A stretch of DNA of 64,000 nt, taken from contig CAXXWX010000010.1 of NCBI GenBank assembly GCA_963675745.2, positions 32,001 through 96,000 of the forward strand, given 5' to 3'. Within the stretch, counting starts at the first letter, position 1. Every line of letters begins with the position of its first letter. The notes beneath the pieces were generated by a model that was not told the origin of the DNA, did no database searches, and saw only the letters and a list, made by a program, of their open reading frames with translations. Positions 28,329 through 38,653 of this stretch are shown here, piece by piece. This DNA is from Phycisphaerae bacterium. GTDB taxonomy: Bacteria; Planctomycetota; Phycisphaerae; UBA1845; Fen-1342. The position numbers and the translations under genes are program-made.

Positions 28329-30134
28329 ATGAAGCTGCCGACACTAGCTTTCGCACTCGTACTCGTGGCACTCACGCCGTTTATCGGGACTGCCCACGCC
28401 ACTTGGGATCCATCCAACGGCGACTGGGGCAAGACGCATCCAGACGATCTGCGCGTGATGACCTGGAACTGGAACAGCCGCATCTATCCCGGCGCCAACA
28501 CGACCGACGGCCTCTACGCCTGGGCGGCCACGGCGAGAATCGTCGCCGACATGCAACCGGATGTGCTGCTCTTGCAGGAAGGCGGTGACGGCACGTCGCA
28601 GGCCGCGCTGCTGGCCACGCTGGAGGATTGGATGCACGGCGGCGCGGGCATAGATTCCTACGTGCAGAAATACGCCCCCGCCTATGACCTACCCTACATA
28701 TATGTCAGCCCCAATACTGATAGCTATAACCGCAACGTGATTCTCAGCCGCTATCCGTTTGCCGATCTCAATGGTGACACTTGGAGCCAGCGCGGCGATA
28801 TCCCCTACATCCTGCCCGACGAGTACGCCCCAGGCGGCACTGGTGGGATCCGCGGATTCATGTTCACCGAGATCGACCTGCCGGATTACACGTACGTCGG
28901 CGATCTTGTAGCCGGCAATGCCCACCTGAAGGCCTATGGCAGCCAGAGCGAGCACAATGAGCGCGTCGCGGCCGCCAAGAATGTCGCGTACTACATCGAC
29001 TACCTTCTAAACGGTGCCGGGACCGGCATACCCGATCCACACAACAAGATCCAGGATTCACCGCCGGCCACCACTATCCTCGACGCAAACACGCCGGTTG
29101 TTATTGGTGGCGACTGGAACGAGGACGAGCTGTACAGCATGTCCAATTATGGCGAAAAAGGACCGGCCGGGTGGCTCACGCAGGCGGCTGTAAACGGTGG
29201 TTCGGACGGTACCGACCGCGACCGCAGCGATTCCACCTATGACTCGGCGGTTGAGCCCTACACCGGCAATCGTTCCACGCAATCATCGAGCAAGCTCGAC
29301 TATATTGCCTGGCAGGACAGCATCGCCACCTACCGGCGGGGCTTCATCTTCAACTCGTCGGCGCTCGCAAGCGATCCCGACTGGTTCCCGCCGGCGGTCG
29401 GCTCGTCACCCTACCCGGGTGCGATGAGCGGGATTGCGTCGGATCACCGTCCGGTGATTGTGGACCTTATTCTGCCGCTGGCCAATCTGCCGGAATTCGA
29501 CCTGAACATTATCACTCAGGGGCAGGGCAGCGTTGTGCTCGATCCGCCCGGTGGCACCTACACGCAATACACGCCCGTTCAACTGCTCGCTGATCCCGAC
29601 CCGAGTTGGTATTTCATCGAGTGGCAGGGTGACTTGACCGGCTGGGAAAACCCGACCACGATTTTGATGGATGATGATAAAACGGTCACGGTTGTGTTCG
29701 ATACATCGCCGGCGCCCGAGTACACGCTCACCGTCAATATCGTCGGTGACGGCGTGGTTACACTGGACCCGCCCAGCGGCCCCTATCACGTCGGGCTCAC
29801 GGTCGAACTCACCGCGGACCCCGGAAACAACTGGTACCTCGATCGCTGGGAAGGGGATCTCACCGGTAACGCAAGCCCGGAATACTTGTACATGGATGCC
29901 GACAAGACGGTCACCGCTGTATTTGAGAAGCTATATCCCTGCGGCGACGCGAATTGCGATGGCGCGGTCAACAACGGTGACATCGACGCGTTTGTTTTGG
30001 CTGTCCAGTACCCCGCGTTGTACGACGCCACCTACCCCGGTTGTGAAAACGCGGATATGAACGGTGATGGTCTGTACAACAACGGCGATATTGACCCGTT
30101 TGTTGCCGCACTGGGCGGTGTGCCGTGTGATTGA
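28329..30134 (+). CDS. Secreted endonuclease/exonuclease/phosphatase-family protein with two InlB-B-type repeats and dockerin-like tail
   Basis: LRVMTWN, PDVLLLQE, NAHLKA, IGGDWNE, KLDYI, SDHRPV; repeated WxGDLTG...MDxDKTVT; NNGDID tail. Confidence 0.88.
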   Translation: MKLPTLAFALVLVALTPFIGTAHATWDPSNGDWGKTHPDDLRVMTWNWNSRIYPGANTTDGLYAWAATARIVADMQPDVLLLQEGGDGTSQAALLATLEDWMHGGAGIDSYVQKYAPAYDLPYIYVSPNTDSYNRNVILSRYPFADLNGDTWSQRGDIPYILPDEYAPGGTGGIRGFMFTEIDLPDYTYVGDLVAGNAHLKAYGSQSEHNERVAAAKNVAYYIDYLLNGAGTGIPDPHNKIQDSPPATTILDANTPVVIGGDWNEDELYSMSNYGEKGPAGWLTQAAVNGGSDGTDRDRSDSTYDSAVEPYTGNRSTQSSSKLDYIAWQDSIATYRRGFIFNSSALASDPDWFPPAVGSSPYPGAMSGIASDHRPVIVDLILPLANLPEFDLNIITQGQGSVVLDPPGGTYTQYTPVQLLADPDPSWYFIEWQGDLTGWENPTTILMDDDKTVTVVFDTSPAPEYTLTVNIVGDGVVTLDPPSGPYHVGLTVELTADPGNNWYLDRWEGDLTGNASPEYLYMDADKTVTAVFEKLYPCGDANCDGAVNNGDIDAFVLAVQYPALYDATYPGCENADMNGDGLYNNGDIDPFVAALGGVPCD

Positions 30135-30213
30135 GTACGGCGCACGCTGATGTGAGCGGCAGCGCCGTGCGCCGCCGCTCAATCTGGCGGATGTGGATAT
30201 ACTTGTGTGAACG

Positions 30214-30258
30214 ACGGCGGAACCGCTCGTGAAGGGCGGTTCCGCCGTGACGTTTTTT
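30214..30258 (+). terminator. Intrinsic terminator between convergent genes
   Basis: 13-bp perfect stem ACGGCGGAACCGC/GCGGTTCCGCCGT followed by GACGTTTTTT. Confidence 0.7.
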
Positions 30259-30274
30259 GCCGATCTGCCGCCGT

Positions 30275-33200
30275 CTACTCCCCTGACAGCAAGGTAACAA
30301 ACGCGTCGATGTCGCCGTTATTAACGGCAGTGTCGCCGTTACAGTCGGCCAGCACGATATCGCATTCGGGGAAGACCGCGGCATAGCCGGCCTGGTCGGT
30401 GATCGCCAGGACGAACGCGTCTATGTCACCGTTGTTGACGGTGCCGTCGCAATTCAGGTCGCCGAGCAGCCTACCGCAGGTGGACATGGCGGAGAGGTTC
30501 AGCTCGCCAAACTCCTCCGGGATGCCGTTGCCGTCGGATAGTCCCACCAGACCATCAAGCACGCCGCCGCCCAGGTAGCTGAGCCTGATTTGTCCGTCGA
30601 AGAACATCTCGATCTGGAAGCTGGCCAGATTGGCCGTGCCATGCTCGGGGACATCGGTGAACGTAACCGCCACGCGATCAGCAAGTTGCTGCCAGCCGAC
30701 AGTCCCGCCCTGGTCGGGTCGCAAGTCATCAAAGAGGGCCGAGATGCGCGGCGTATCGTAGTGATTGTCCACGGACTCGGTGTAGTCCTTGTCACCCTCG
30801 GTGAAGGTGATGTACCCGTTGCTACAGACATAGAAACCCGGGTATGCCACGCCGAACAGGGAGACGGTCGCGCCGGTCAGATCGATGTACACATAGTAAT
30901 CGTCGGGGAGCGTGATCGGCGTGTCGCCGGCGGGGTCGGTCGGGAAGGCCAGTATTTCCTCGCAGCAACCGCTGTAGAAATCGGCGGGGTCGTCGGGCGT
31001 GAACTGCAGGCTCAGGAAAGCCAGGTCGTTGTCGTCGGACGCGAATAGCTCGACGAAGTAATCCGGGGCATCGAGCGTGGTGAACGAGTGGCACGCGCCG
31101 CCGTTATCGTCAATCGCCACGTTACCCACTTCGTCCTCAGCCTCAACGACGAAGTAATAGGTCTCATCCGCGGCCAAATCGGTGATAGTGACCGTTGGCG
31201 ATGTGTCGTACCCTTCGCCCACAACGCTGTCGGACAGCGCAGCGCAGCTCGTGCCGTAGTAAATGGTGCCGCGCGTGGGCTCATCGGAGTCATAGCCGAG
31301 GGTGACCTCACGGGCCTTGACCTGCACCATGTGGACATTGGAAATAACCGCGGGTGTGCAATCGACAAGCGCCGTGGCCACAACCGGCACGCCGACACCA
31401 CCCTGGCCATCGTCGTCATCAATGTACGTGACGGTGACGGTATCGCCGGTGCTCACGCACAGGACGCCGGCGCTGTCGGTCGCGCTGAGGGTAATCGTGC
31501 CGTCGAATTCCGCCGAGCTGGTGTCGGTCTCGGTGAGCCACAGCACCTCGCCGCCGGGCTCAGTGTCCGATGCGACCGTGACCGCAACCGTGTCCAGCGC
31601 GTTGTCGTCGTGATTCAGACCGCAATCCGCGACCTGGATCGTGGCCGCGCTTTCACAGGCGTACCTCGTCGCATCGAGGGCGACCGTGCCGGCCTCGGAG
31701 CACGCGGCCGGCAGTCTGAGCGACGGATCGCCCATGATGTTGTACATCTCGAAGTAACGCCGCGTCGTCGTCGTGGGGCCGAAATGCGCCAGGTGACGCA
31801 CCTTGGCCTCGTTCCACGCCGGGCCGGCCTCGCATTTGACCGCGTCTTCGGCGTCGAAGATGGCGTCAAAGAGCACCCGCTCCAGCCAATCATCTTCGGT
31901 CCAGTAGCTGTTGACCGACGAACCGATGGCGACGACCGCGGCCTTCTCCGGTGCCAGCACCCAGGTCTCCATGAAGCACTCGGTCGCCGTGTAGGTGCCC
32001 GTGATGCACGCGAACGAGCAGACAAAGGAGTACATGCCGGCGTTGGTGAGGTTATTGACGTCACTCTGGCTGAACGGCGGCCCGTCGGCCCAGGAGTAAG
32101 TTCCGCCGTGGCCGCTGTAGATGCCATAAAAGCGCCCGTCGTTGAACGAGTCGCTGACATCCTGCGTAGTGGCGCCATAGGTTACCTGGTAGAGCCGGTC
32201 ACAGATGTAGCCGTTCGGTTCGAGGTACGTGTTGATGACGTATTCGTGCGTTCCCTCGCTGACCAGGTAATTGTCGACAGACGCCATGAATACGGCGCGT
32301 TTGAGATATGCCGGATCGACGAGTGGGCCATTCTCGGTATAGAGGGTTTTGTCGATGAGGGTATTCAGTTGGGTGGCGTTGCGCACGGGAAAGCGGCCGA
32401 TGGCGATGTCGGGATACCAGTCGCCGGCTCCATCCATGCACGCATATTGCAGATCAGTGGCGGGGTTGCCCACACCGCCGCCGGTCCAATGTGGGATCGT
32501 GTTCGTATCGCCGACCAGCAGGATGTACTCCGGAGCGTCGGGGCCGCCCCACAGGCTCTCGATGTAGCTCTTGATGGTGGTGTTGGCGGTGCCGTCGGCT
32601 ACGGAGTGTGTCGTAACATTGAAACCCTGAGCCGCCTTGGCCGTCGCAAACGGGGCAATCCCGGCGGCAAATGAGTTGGCGGTGATGATCAGGTAGTTGC
32701 CGGAGCCGCAGGCCCGCACGTCTGAGACCAGGTCCGGATTGAGTACGACGCGCTTGAGGCCGGGCAGCGCTGTCAGCCGGCCTTGAGTTGTCGTGCCGCC
32801 GACGAATCCCACGGTTGCCGTCAGCCGTGGGAACAGCGACAGTTGCCGGGTCGCCGCGTTGTAGGCGACCGGATGCATTTCCAGCAGCATAACGCGCTGG
32901 CCGCGGAAGATGCCCAAGTCGCTGACCGAAGCCCGCTGCTGCGGCCACGCCGCGTCGATTTCATACGCCGCCGCGTCTAGGTGAAAATCCGCAAGCTCCC
33001 GGGCGCCGGGAATTTTAGGGATGGGCGGCTGGACTGGCATGAGCACGACTTCGGCGCCGAGCGACTGTCCATCCACGACTTCCGGTTTGCCCTCCTCCAC
33101 TGTGAGCACCACATCGGCGTCGAGCGGAGCGATTAACAACCGGCGCACGACCGGTACGCCCGGTGCCCCGACTCTCCCCGCCAGCGGCGCGCCCGGCCAG

Positions 33201-33469
33201 TCGAGCTCGACGAAAACGCCGTGCTTCGTCTCGCGAACGGCGGCCGTGAGCCCGGTGAGTTCCACGGTGACGTCAAGACCGCGCACGCCGTGGCTGACAA
33301 CGTCCACGCGTGGCGCGGTGGTGTCGCCGAGCGTTTCGATGCGCACATCGCCGTCAGGTGTGCTCGCCAATCTGAGATCGCCGGCCGCGGTGCCGATAAC
33401 GAGCGCAACCACCATAATGGCAAGCGCTGCGCGGTGTCGGCGGGATTGTGAAAGCATGCCCGTGCCCAT
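30275..33469 (-). CDS. C25 (gingipain-family) cysteine peptidase with propeptide, FN3-like domain and dockerin-like tail
   Basis: YLIIT, PEYILLVGD, PDIAIGRFP, YSGHG (catalytic His), SFACITG (catalytic Cys), YNIMGDPS; NNGDID tail. Confidence 0.88.
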   Translation of the reverse strand: MGTGMLSQSRRHRAALAIMVVALVIGTAAGDLRLASTPDGDVRIETLGDTTAPRVDVVSHGVRGLDVTVELTGLTAAVRETKHGVFVELDWPGAPLAGRVGAPGVPVVRRLLIAPLDADVVLTVEEGKPEVVDGQSLGAEVVLMPVQPPIPKIPGARELADFHLDAAAYEIDAAWPQQRASVSDLGIFRGQRVMLLEMHPVAYNAATRQLSLFPRLTATVGFVGGTTTQGRLTALPGLKRVVLNPDLVSDVRACGSGNYLIITANSFAAGIAPFATAKAAQGFNVTTHSVADGTANTTIKSYIESLWGGPDAPEYILLVGDTNTIPHWTGGGVGNPATDLQYACMDGAGDWYPDIAIGRFPVRNATQLNTLIDKTLYTENGPLVDPAYLKRAVFMASVDNYLVSEGTHEYVINTYLEPNGYICDRLYQVTYGATTQDVSDSFNDGRFYGIYSGHGGTYSWADGPPFSQSDVNNLTNAGMYSFVCSFACITGTYTATECFMETWVLAPEKAAVVAIGSSVNSYWTEDDWLERVLFDAIFDAEDAVKCEAGPAWNEAKVRHLAHFGPTTTTRRYFEMYNIMGDPSLRLPAACSEAGTVALDATRYACESAATIQVADCGLNHDDNALDTVAVTVASDTEPGGEVLWLTETDTSSAEFDGTITLSATDSAGVLCVSTGDTVTVTYIDDDDGQGGVGVPVVATALVDCTPAVISNVHMVQVKAREVTLGYDSDEPTRGTIYYGTSCAALSDSVVGEGYDTSPTVTITDLAADETYYFVVEAEDEVGNVAIDDNGGACHSFTTLDAPDYFVELFASDDNDLAFLSLQFTPDDPADFYSGCCEEILAFPTDPAGDTPITLPDDYYVYIDLTGATVSLFGVAYPGFYVCSNGYITFTEGDKDYTESVDNHYDTPRISALFDDLRPDQGGTVGWQQLADRVAVTFTDVPEHGTANLASFQIEMFFDGQIRLSYLGGGVLDGLVGLSDGNGIPEEFGELNLSAMSTCGRLLGDLNCDGTVNNGDIDAFVLAITDQAGYAAVFPECDIVLADCNGDTAVNNGDIDAFVTLLSGE

Positions 33470-33771
33470 TCATGACTCCTTGCGATCTACCTTGGATTCG
33501 CCGCGATACTCCCCCGCGCTCGACACTGACCTGGGGGTTGAATCTTGCAGCCTACCCTGGAAGGGACTGTTTCCATACTAACAAACCCGTATTGGGATTG
33601 ATACCGCAAACGAGGAGGATGAACGCCGTGCGCGGCACGGGGAACAGGCGGAGGACATTGCGTCCGGCGAGGCACTATCGCAGGGGCTGTTTGCACCAGG
33701 TGGCCGGGACTCTGCTCAATGCAGGTCGATGCCGGTTGGTGATTGGTGTCGCAGCCGGTAGTATTCGCTTC

Positions 33772-34971
33772 ATGCATGCTCCACGATGCCGTTCCGCGCT
33801 GATAGTGGTGTTGTTCACGATGCTGCTCGTGCCGGCCTGCCGGCAGTTCGGCGAGCGCCGGCAGGGCGAGGTCTCCCCGGATGACTCACCGGGTGGGGCG
33901 GCGTCCCCGGGGCAGGCACTTACCTGGCCTCGGTCTTCCGGCGCGCAGCCCGACCAGGGGGCCGTACGGGGCGATATCCTGATCGTCGATGACACGGTCC
34001 TCACCGTCGACGAACTGCTCTACCCGCTCGGCGAGTGGATCGAGGCTTATCACCGGAACCGCTCCCCAGAGCTGGGGCCCGGTCAATTGGCAAAGCTGAT
34101 TCGCGGCCACGTCCAGCAGGAGGTCGGCGCGGTCCTGCTGTATCAGGAAGCCAAACGCGAGTTTGCCGAGAACCAACAGGATGCCGTGACCGCCTATGTT
34201 GAGGCCGAGACGAATCGGCGAATCACGACCGAGTTCGGCGGGTCCGTGGCGCGTTTTGAACGCCACCTGGAGCGCTACGGCCTGACGCTCGAGCAATACC
34301 GGGGATGGCTCGAACGCGGGAGCGTCGCGCGACACTATGCTCGTGAGCGCTTCCTGCCGATGGTCCATCTGCGCCGCAGCGAACTCCTGGCGTATTACCA
34401 GAAGAACCTGGAGCAATACACGACTCCCGGGACGCGCGAGTTGTACATGATCGAGATTCCCTTTGCGTCGATGTTGCCAAAGGGTGTCACGTGGCGGTCA
34501 GCGTCGCCCGCCGCGCGCGACCTGGCCCGCTCAAAGGCGCGGGAGCAGATCGCAGCCGCGCATAACGCTTTGCAAAGTAGGCCGTTTGAGGATGTGGCCC
34601 GCGAGTTCTCGCGCGGCCCGCTAGCCGCGCACGGCGGTGCGTGGGGCACCATCGGCAAACCGCTGAAGGCGCCCTACGACTCGCTCAGCGCGCGCGTATT
34701 CCAGTTTCACCCGGGGCAGTACAGCGCTCCGATCGAAACCGACACCGGCTGTCACATCGTGGGCTGTGGCGAGGTGCAGCCGGAGCAGCGTACGCCGTTC
34801 GTCGACATTCAGGACGAAGTCCGCCGACAGCTTGCGAATGAGCGGATTAACGAGCTCTCAGATCGCTACATGGACCGGCTGGCCGCCAAGGCGTCGATGA
34901 CCTCTCTGGACGCGTTCATCCAGGCGGCCATGGAGCGCGCCAACGACCCGCGCTGGCCTGACACGGATTAA
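33772..34971 (+). CDS. SurA/PpiC-type peptidyl-prolyl isomerase lipoprotein
   Basis: Lipobox VPAC; FEDVAREFS...GGAWG...GQYSAPIETDTGCHIV...PFVDIQDEVRRQL. Confidence 0.8.
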   Translation: MHAPRCRSALIVVLFTMLLVPACRQFGERRQGEVSPDDSPGGAASPGQALTWPRSSGAQPDQGAVRGDILIVDDTVLTVDELLYPLGEWIEAYHRNRSPELGPGQLAKLIRGHVQQEVGAVLLYQEAKREFAENQQDAVTAYVEAETNRRITTEFGGSVARFERHLERYGLTLEQYRGWLERGSVARHYARERFLPMVHLRRSELLAYYQKNLEQYTTPGTRELYMIEIPFASMLPKGVTWRSASPAARDLARSKAREQIAAAHNALQSRPFEDVAREFSRGPLAAHGGAWGTIGKPLKAPYDSLSARVFQFHPGQYSAPIETDTGCHIVGCGEVQPEQRTPFVDIQDEVRRQLANERINELSDRYMDRLAAKASMTSLDAFIQAAMERANDPRWPDTD

Positions 34972-35150
34972 TGCCGCCGTCTGGCGCCGAAGGTAACGGC
35001 CGGCGCCTCGCCGGCCGCCGAACATCGGAGGCGTTGTCCCGCGCCGACGGCCTGCGAGGCGCAGGCCGCTACAGCGCTGCACGGGCCGCTTTCGCGCTGC
35101 GCGTGCGAGACGAGCGAGCCGGGGATGGGGCAAGGCTGCCGCGCTGGGGT

Positions 35151-36980
35151 TCACTCCGCGGGTTTGAGCTGCACGGCGATCATGTGCAGACCATCAGGTG
35201 AGGTGCGCAGCGTGCCCAGCCCCACAGTCTGGTACTTGAGCAGCTTGCGCAACTCGCCGACATTCTCGCTGTCCATGCTCTGACCGTACTGATTGACCAT
35301 CATCGTGGTAATGAAAGCGCCCATGTTCATCGCGGCTTCGGGGCCCTGGAGCAATTCGGGTTTCTCGACGAACGCCAGCAGAGCCTCGGTTATCTTGCGC
35401 GAGTCGGCATAGACCACGCCGCTCGCCTCGCGCGGTATCTCCTTAAGGATGGCCTTGAACTGGTCGTCCGCGCCCAGGCCTTCACCAGCCGCCTGAATGG
35501 CGGCTTCGACGGAGGGCGTGGTGCCGGCCAGCAACTGGTCATCGCTCAGGGCCACGGCGATCCCGGGCATCGGTTCGTACAACTCGGCCCCACGGAACTC
35601 GCGAGGCGGGAGTTGCGCCAGGGTCAGCAGCTTGAGCAGCGCCTCGCGCTGTCGATGTCCCAGGGTCAGCAACAGTTGCAGCGAACTGGCACCGTAGGGC
35701 TTTGTGAAGCCGAGGCTGATCGTCAACGGCGGACGCAGATGCGCGAACACGTCCTTCCGCAGGTCGATCGTCTCTTCGGGGCCGATCGGGATGGCCGCCA
35801 GGCTCGCGCGCATCTCGTCGGCCTCATCGGGGTCCGTCTGACGTATGATCCGCTCGATCTCATCGAGCATGTCGAGCAGATTGATGTTGAGGGAGCCGTA
35901 AAGGGCCGTGTGCTCGGGGATGAACTTGGGCGGTGCAATCGCCGCGTTGTCCATGCTGAAGATTTTCGCCAGGCCCGAACGCTCGCCGCGCAGCAGGGCG
36001 ATGATCTCCATCTCGTACTCGAGCACGTCACCGCCGATGCGTGCGTGTCCGATGATGCTGCCGAAGGCATCGAGCCCGAGAGCTGCCTGCCACTTGTCGG
36101 CCTCGTCGCCGCCGTCCGCCGACGCCAGCTTGATAATGCGGGGAAGATTGATGAACAATCGTAGCGTGCCGGCCTCCGGCAGGAGGCGTTTCATTCGGCG
36201 ATAGTCCATGTTGGCGAGCAATGAGCCCTTGAGTTTCTCGCGGCGCAGCACCGCCTTGATCTCATTGGCGGAACTCGACAGGATCAGTCGGTCGGACGTC
36301 AAGCACATTGCGAACTCTGGAGGCATCTCCTCGAGTGCGAACATCTCGTCGAGCGCCTTATCCAACTGCTTGCCAAACGCCGTCGGGTCGGATGGATCGA
36401 ATCCCTCCCAATCGAAGCCGTCGTCCTCGGTCAGGGTTTCGTCGTCGGTGTCGTCGGTCGGGGCCGCGCCACGCAGGATATCGACGCGCTGCGACTTGTA
36501 GGACTTGGTGTCGCGCTCATCCGCCGCCTCACTCAGGCGTTTGAGCGCCTGGTCGTAGTAGCGCTTCATCAGCTCGGCGTTACCGACGCCGGCGACAAAG
36601 ACGACCTCTCCGTCGTCATCGAGGTTTCCGCCCGTCGGCAGCGTGACATACAGCGCAACGCCGCCCGCAAACGGGTTCTCGAGCTGGCCGGCGCCGATAT
36701 CGAGTGCCTCGGCGACGCGCGTCTTCAGCTTTTCGGTGAACTGCCCGAACACGTCCACCTCTGGCATGATCTCGCGCGCCTGCGCGTCGTTCATCAGCCG
36801 GTAGGCGCTCGTCTCTTTGACGCCGGCAACCGTCGCGTCAATATCGGTGACCCCGATGTAGAACAGGGCGTCATCGGGCACCCACGCGGCCGGATCGTCG
36901 GCTTCGGCCAGAGCGCGGCCCACCAATGGGGAAACGGCGACGAGCAGGACAGCAGTGGCCAACATGCGAAAACGTGTCAT
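35151..36980 (-). CDS. Secreted hypothetical protein (DUF3352-like, tentative)
   Basis: Signal peptide then DPAAWVPDDALFYIGVTD; long acidic protein. Confidence 0.65.
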   Translation of the reverse strand: MTRFRMLATAVLLVAVSPLVGRALAEADDPAAWVPDDALFYIGVTDIDATVAGVKETSAYRLMNDAQAREIMPEVDVFGQFTEKLKTRVAEALDIGAGQLENPFAGGVALYVTLPTGGNLDDDGEVVFVAGVGNAELMKRYYDQALKRLSEAADERDTKSYKSQRVDILRGAAPTDDTDDETLTEDDGFDWEGFDPSDPTAFGKQLDKALDEMFALEEMPPEFAMCLTSDRLILSSSANEIKAVLRREKLKGSLLANMDYRRMKRLLPEAGTLRLFINLPRIIKLASADGGDEADKWQAALGLDAFGSIIGHARIGGDVLEYEMEIIALLRGERSGLAKIFSMDNAAIAPPKFIPEHTALYGSLNINLLDMLDEIERIIRQTDPDEADEMRASLAAIPIGPEETIDLRKDVFAHLRPPLTISLGFTKPYGASSLQLLLTLGHRQREALLKLLTLAQLPPREFRGAELYEPMPGIAVALSDDQLLAGTTPSVEAAIQAAGEGLGADDQFKAILKEIPREASGVVYADSRKITEALLAFVEKPELLQGPEAAMNMGAFITTMMVNQYGQSMDSENVGELRKLLKYQTVGLGTLRTSPDGLHMIAVQLKPAE

Positions 36981-37016
36981 TGCAAAACCCTCGTGCAAAC
37001 GGGAGGTGTGTGTGAA

Positions 37017-37985
37017 CTATTCTTCTGTCAGATTGGGCGGAGTGGCATCCTGACGCGCCGGCGGCTGGAGGTAGCGATAACCCGCCTCCGAGCTCTCCGG
37101 GTTGTAAGCGAACGCGTCGCGATTCTTCAGGAAGTCGACCACGTAGCGAATCGGAATGGCGAAGTTCAAGCCCTCGCCCGCCGGGATGATCATGTTCGTC
37201 ACGCCGATGACCTCGCCGCGCATATTGAACAGCGGCCCGCCCGAGTTCCCCGGGTTGATCTGCGTGGTCGTTTGTACGTATGCCAGCCCCTCCATGGCCC
37301 GATTGCGCCGACTGACGATGCCCCGCGAGACGGAACGCTCGAGGCCGAGTGGTGTGCCGATGGCAAACACATGGTCGCCGTCGCGCAGGCTGTCGTCGGC
37401 CCCCAGATAGACGAATGTTGGCGTATAGTCGTCGGGGAGGTTGACTTTCAGCAGGGCCAGATCGAGAAACGGGTTGGTCGCGACAATATCGACGTCCTCA
37501 AACTTCTGGTTCTTGAATTCGTTACCGATCTTGCGGAACAGGACGATCGCGATCTTGGTCTCGTCCTCGATCACGTGGAAGTTGGTGATCAAGTGACCCT
37601 CGCGGCTGATGAAGAATCCGCTCCCGATCGCCCCCGGCACCGAGACCTTGATGACCGCCTCGCCGATCTGCTCGGCGTGTTGCTTGACCGTCTGCGGCTT
37701 GAGCCCGGCATTGGTGCTGTACAGGTCGTCCGTGGTGTAGACCGCGTCGGTGGCGTCTTCCTGGCCGTCGTCGGCTTGCTCTTCGATGGCGCTAATGTGT
37801 GCGCGCGGGATTGAAAGCACGTCGTAGCCCAGGTCGATCACAATCGTATCCGGGTACTCGCGCACTACATCGGCCTCGATCGTCTGGCCGTGGTTGAGCA
37901 CAATCTGCTCGCCGAGCAGCGGGGCCGCGGAACCCAGCAGGATCACCGCGATTGAGATCAGGCCGCGTGTTCTCATCTTGATCAC
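37017..37985 (-). CDS. Trypsin-like (S1C) serine protease without PDZ
   Basis: GSGFFI, ITNFHVI, DLALLKV, INPGNSGGPLFN. Confidence 0.9.
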   Translation of the reverse strand: MIKMRTRGLISIAVILLGSAAPLLGEQIVLNHGQTIEADVVREYPDTIVIDLGYDVLSIPRAHISAIEEQADDGQEDATDAVYTTDDLYSTNAGLKPQTVKQHAEQIGEAVIKVSVPGAIGSGFFISREGHLITNFHVIEDETKIAIVLFRKIGNEFKNQKFEDVDIVATNPFLDLALLKVNLPDDYTPTFVYLGADDSLRDGDHVFAIGTPLGLERSVSRGIVSRRNRAMEGLAYVQTTTQINPGNSGGPLFNMRGEVIGVTNMIIPAGEGLNFAIPIRYVVDFLKNRDAFAYNPESSEAGYRYLQPPARQDATPPNLTEE

Positions 37986-38119
37986 CTCTATTCCCTGGGC
38001 TGGATGTGCGATATACGACGGATGTTAGGGCAGGCCGCCCGGCCCGACAAGGCCGAAGGCGCATGTGGACCTGCTCCGCGGGCTTTCCGTCCCGGGTCGC
38101 ACGCGTTAGCCTATCGGCC

Positions 38120-38653
38120 ATGTCACGATTGCTAACTGAATCACAAATCACGGAAACGCTCGACCGCATGGCCCGGGACATTGTCGCGGCGCTGCCGGCC
38201 GACGCCCCCCTGGCCGTGGTCGGCATCCGCCGGCGCGGCGAAACGTTGGCCCGGCGTCTGCTTCCGCTGCTTGAGAAGCACGGCACCGCGCCGGCGCACT
38301 TCGGCGTTTTGGACATCACGTTGTATCGCGATGACCTGACCGCCATCGGGCCGGCGGCAGTGGTGCGCGGCACTGAGCTGGACTTCGACCTGACCGACAC
38401 GTGGCTGGTGCTGGTCGATGATGTGCTCTACACGGGGCGGTCGGTGCGCGCGGCTTTGAACGCCCTGACGGACTTTGGACGCGCGCGGGCGGTCAAGCTG
38501 GCCGTGTTGATCGACCGCGGCGGGCGGGAATTGCCGGTCTGTCCGGACTTCACCGGGCTCTCTGTTGAGGCCACGCCGGAGCAGGTCGTGGAAGTGCGTT
38601 TGCTGGAACACGATGGAATCGAAGGGGTCGAGCTCAATGACCGGCCTGCGTGA
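38120..38653 (+). CDS. pyrR: Pyrimidine regulatory protein/uracil phosphoribosyltransferase
   Basis: LDITLYRDD, VLVDDVLYTGRSVRAAL, LIDRGGRELP. Confidence 0.93.
   Translation: MSRLLTESQITETLDRMARDIVAALPADAPLAVVGIRRRGETLARRLLPLLEKHGTAPAHFGVLDITLYRDDLTAIGPAAVVRGTELDFDLTDTWLVLVDDVLYTGRSVRAALNALTDFGRARAVKLAVLIDRGGRELPVCPDFTGLSVEATPEQVVEVRLLEHDGIEGVELNDRPA

Noticed and set aside
38026..38100. PyrR-binding attenuator (GGCCCGACAAGGCCGAAGG)
   Set aside because: Only a weak resemblance to the consensus, and no U-tailed terminator before pyrR.
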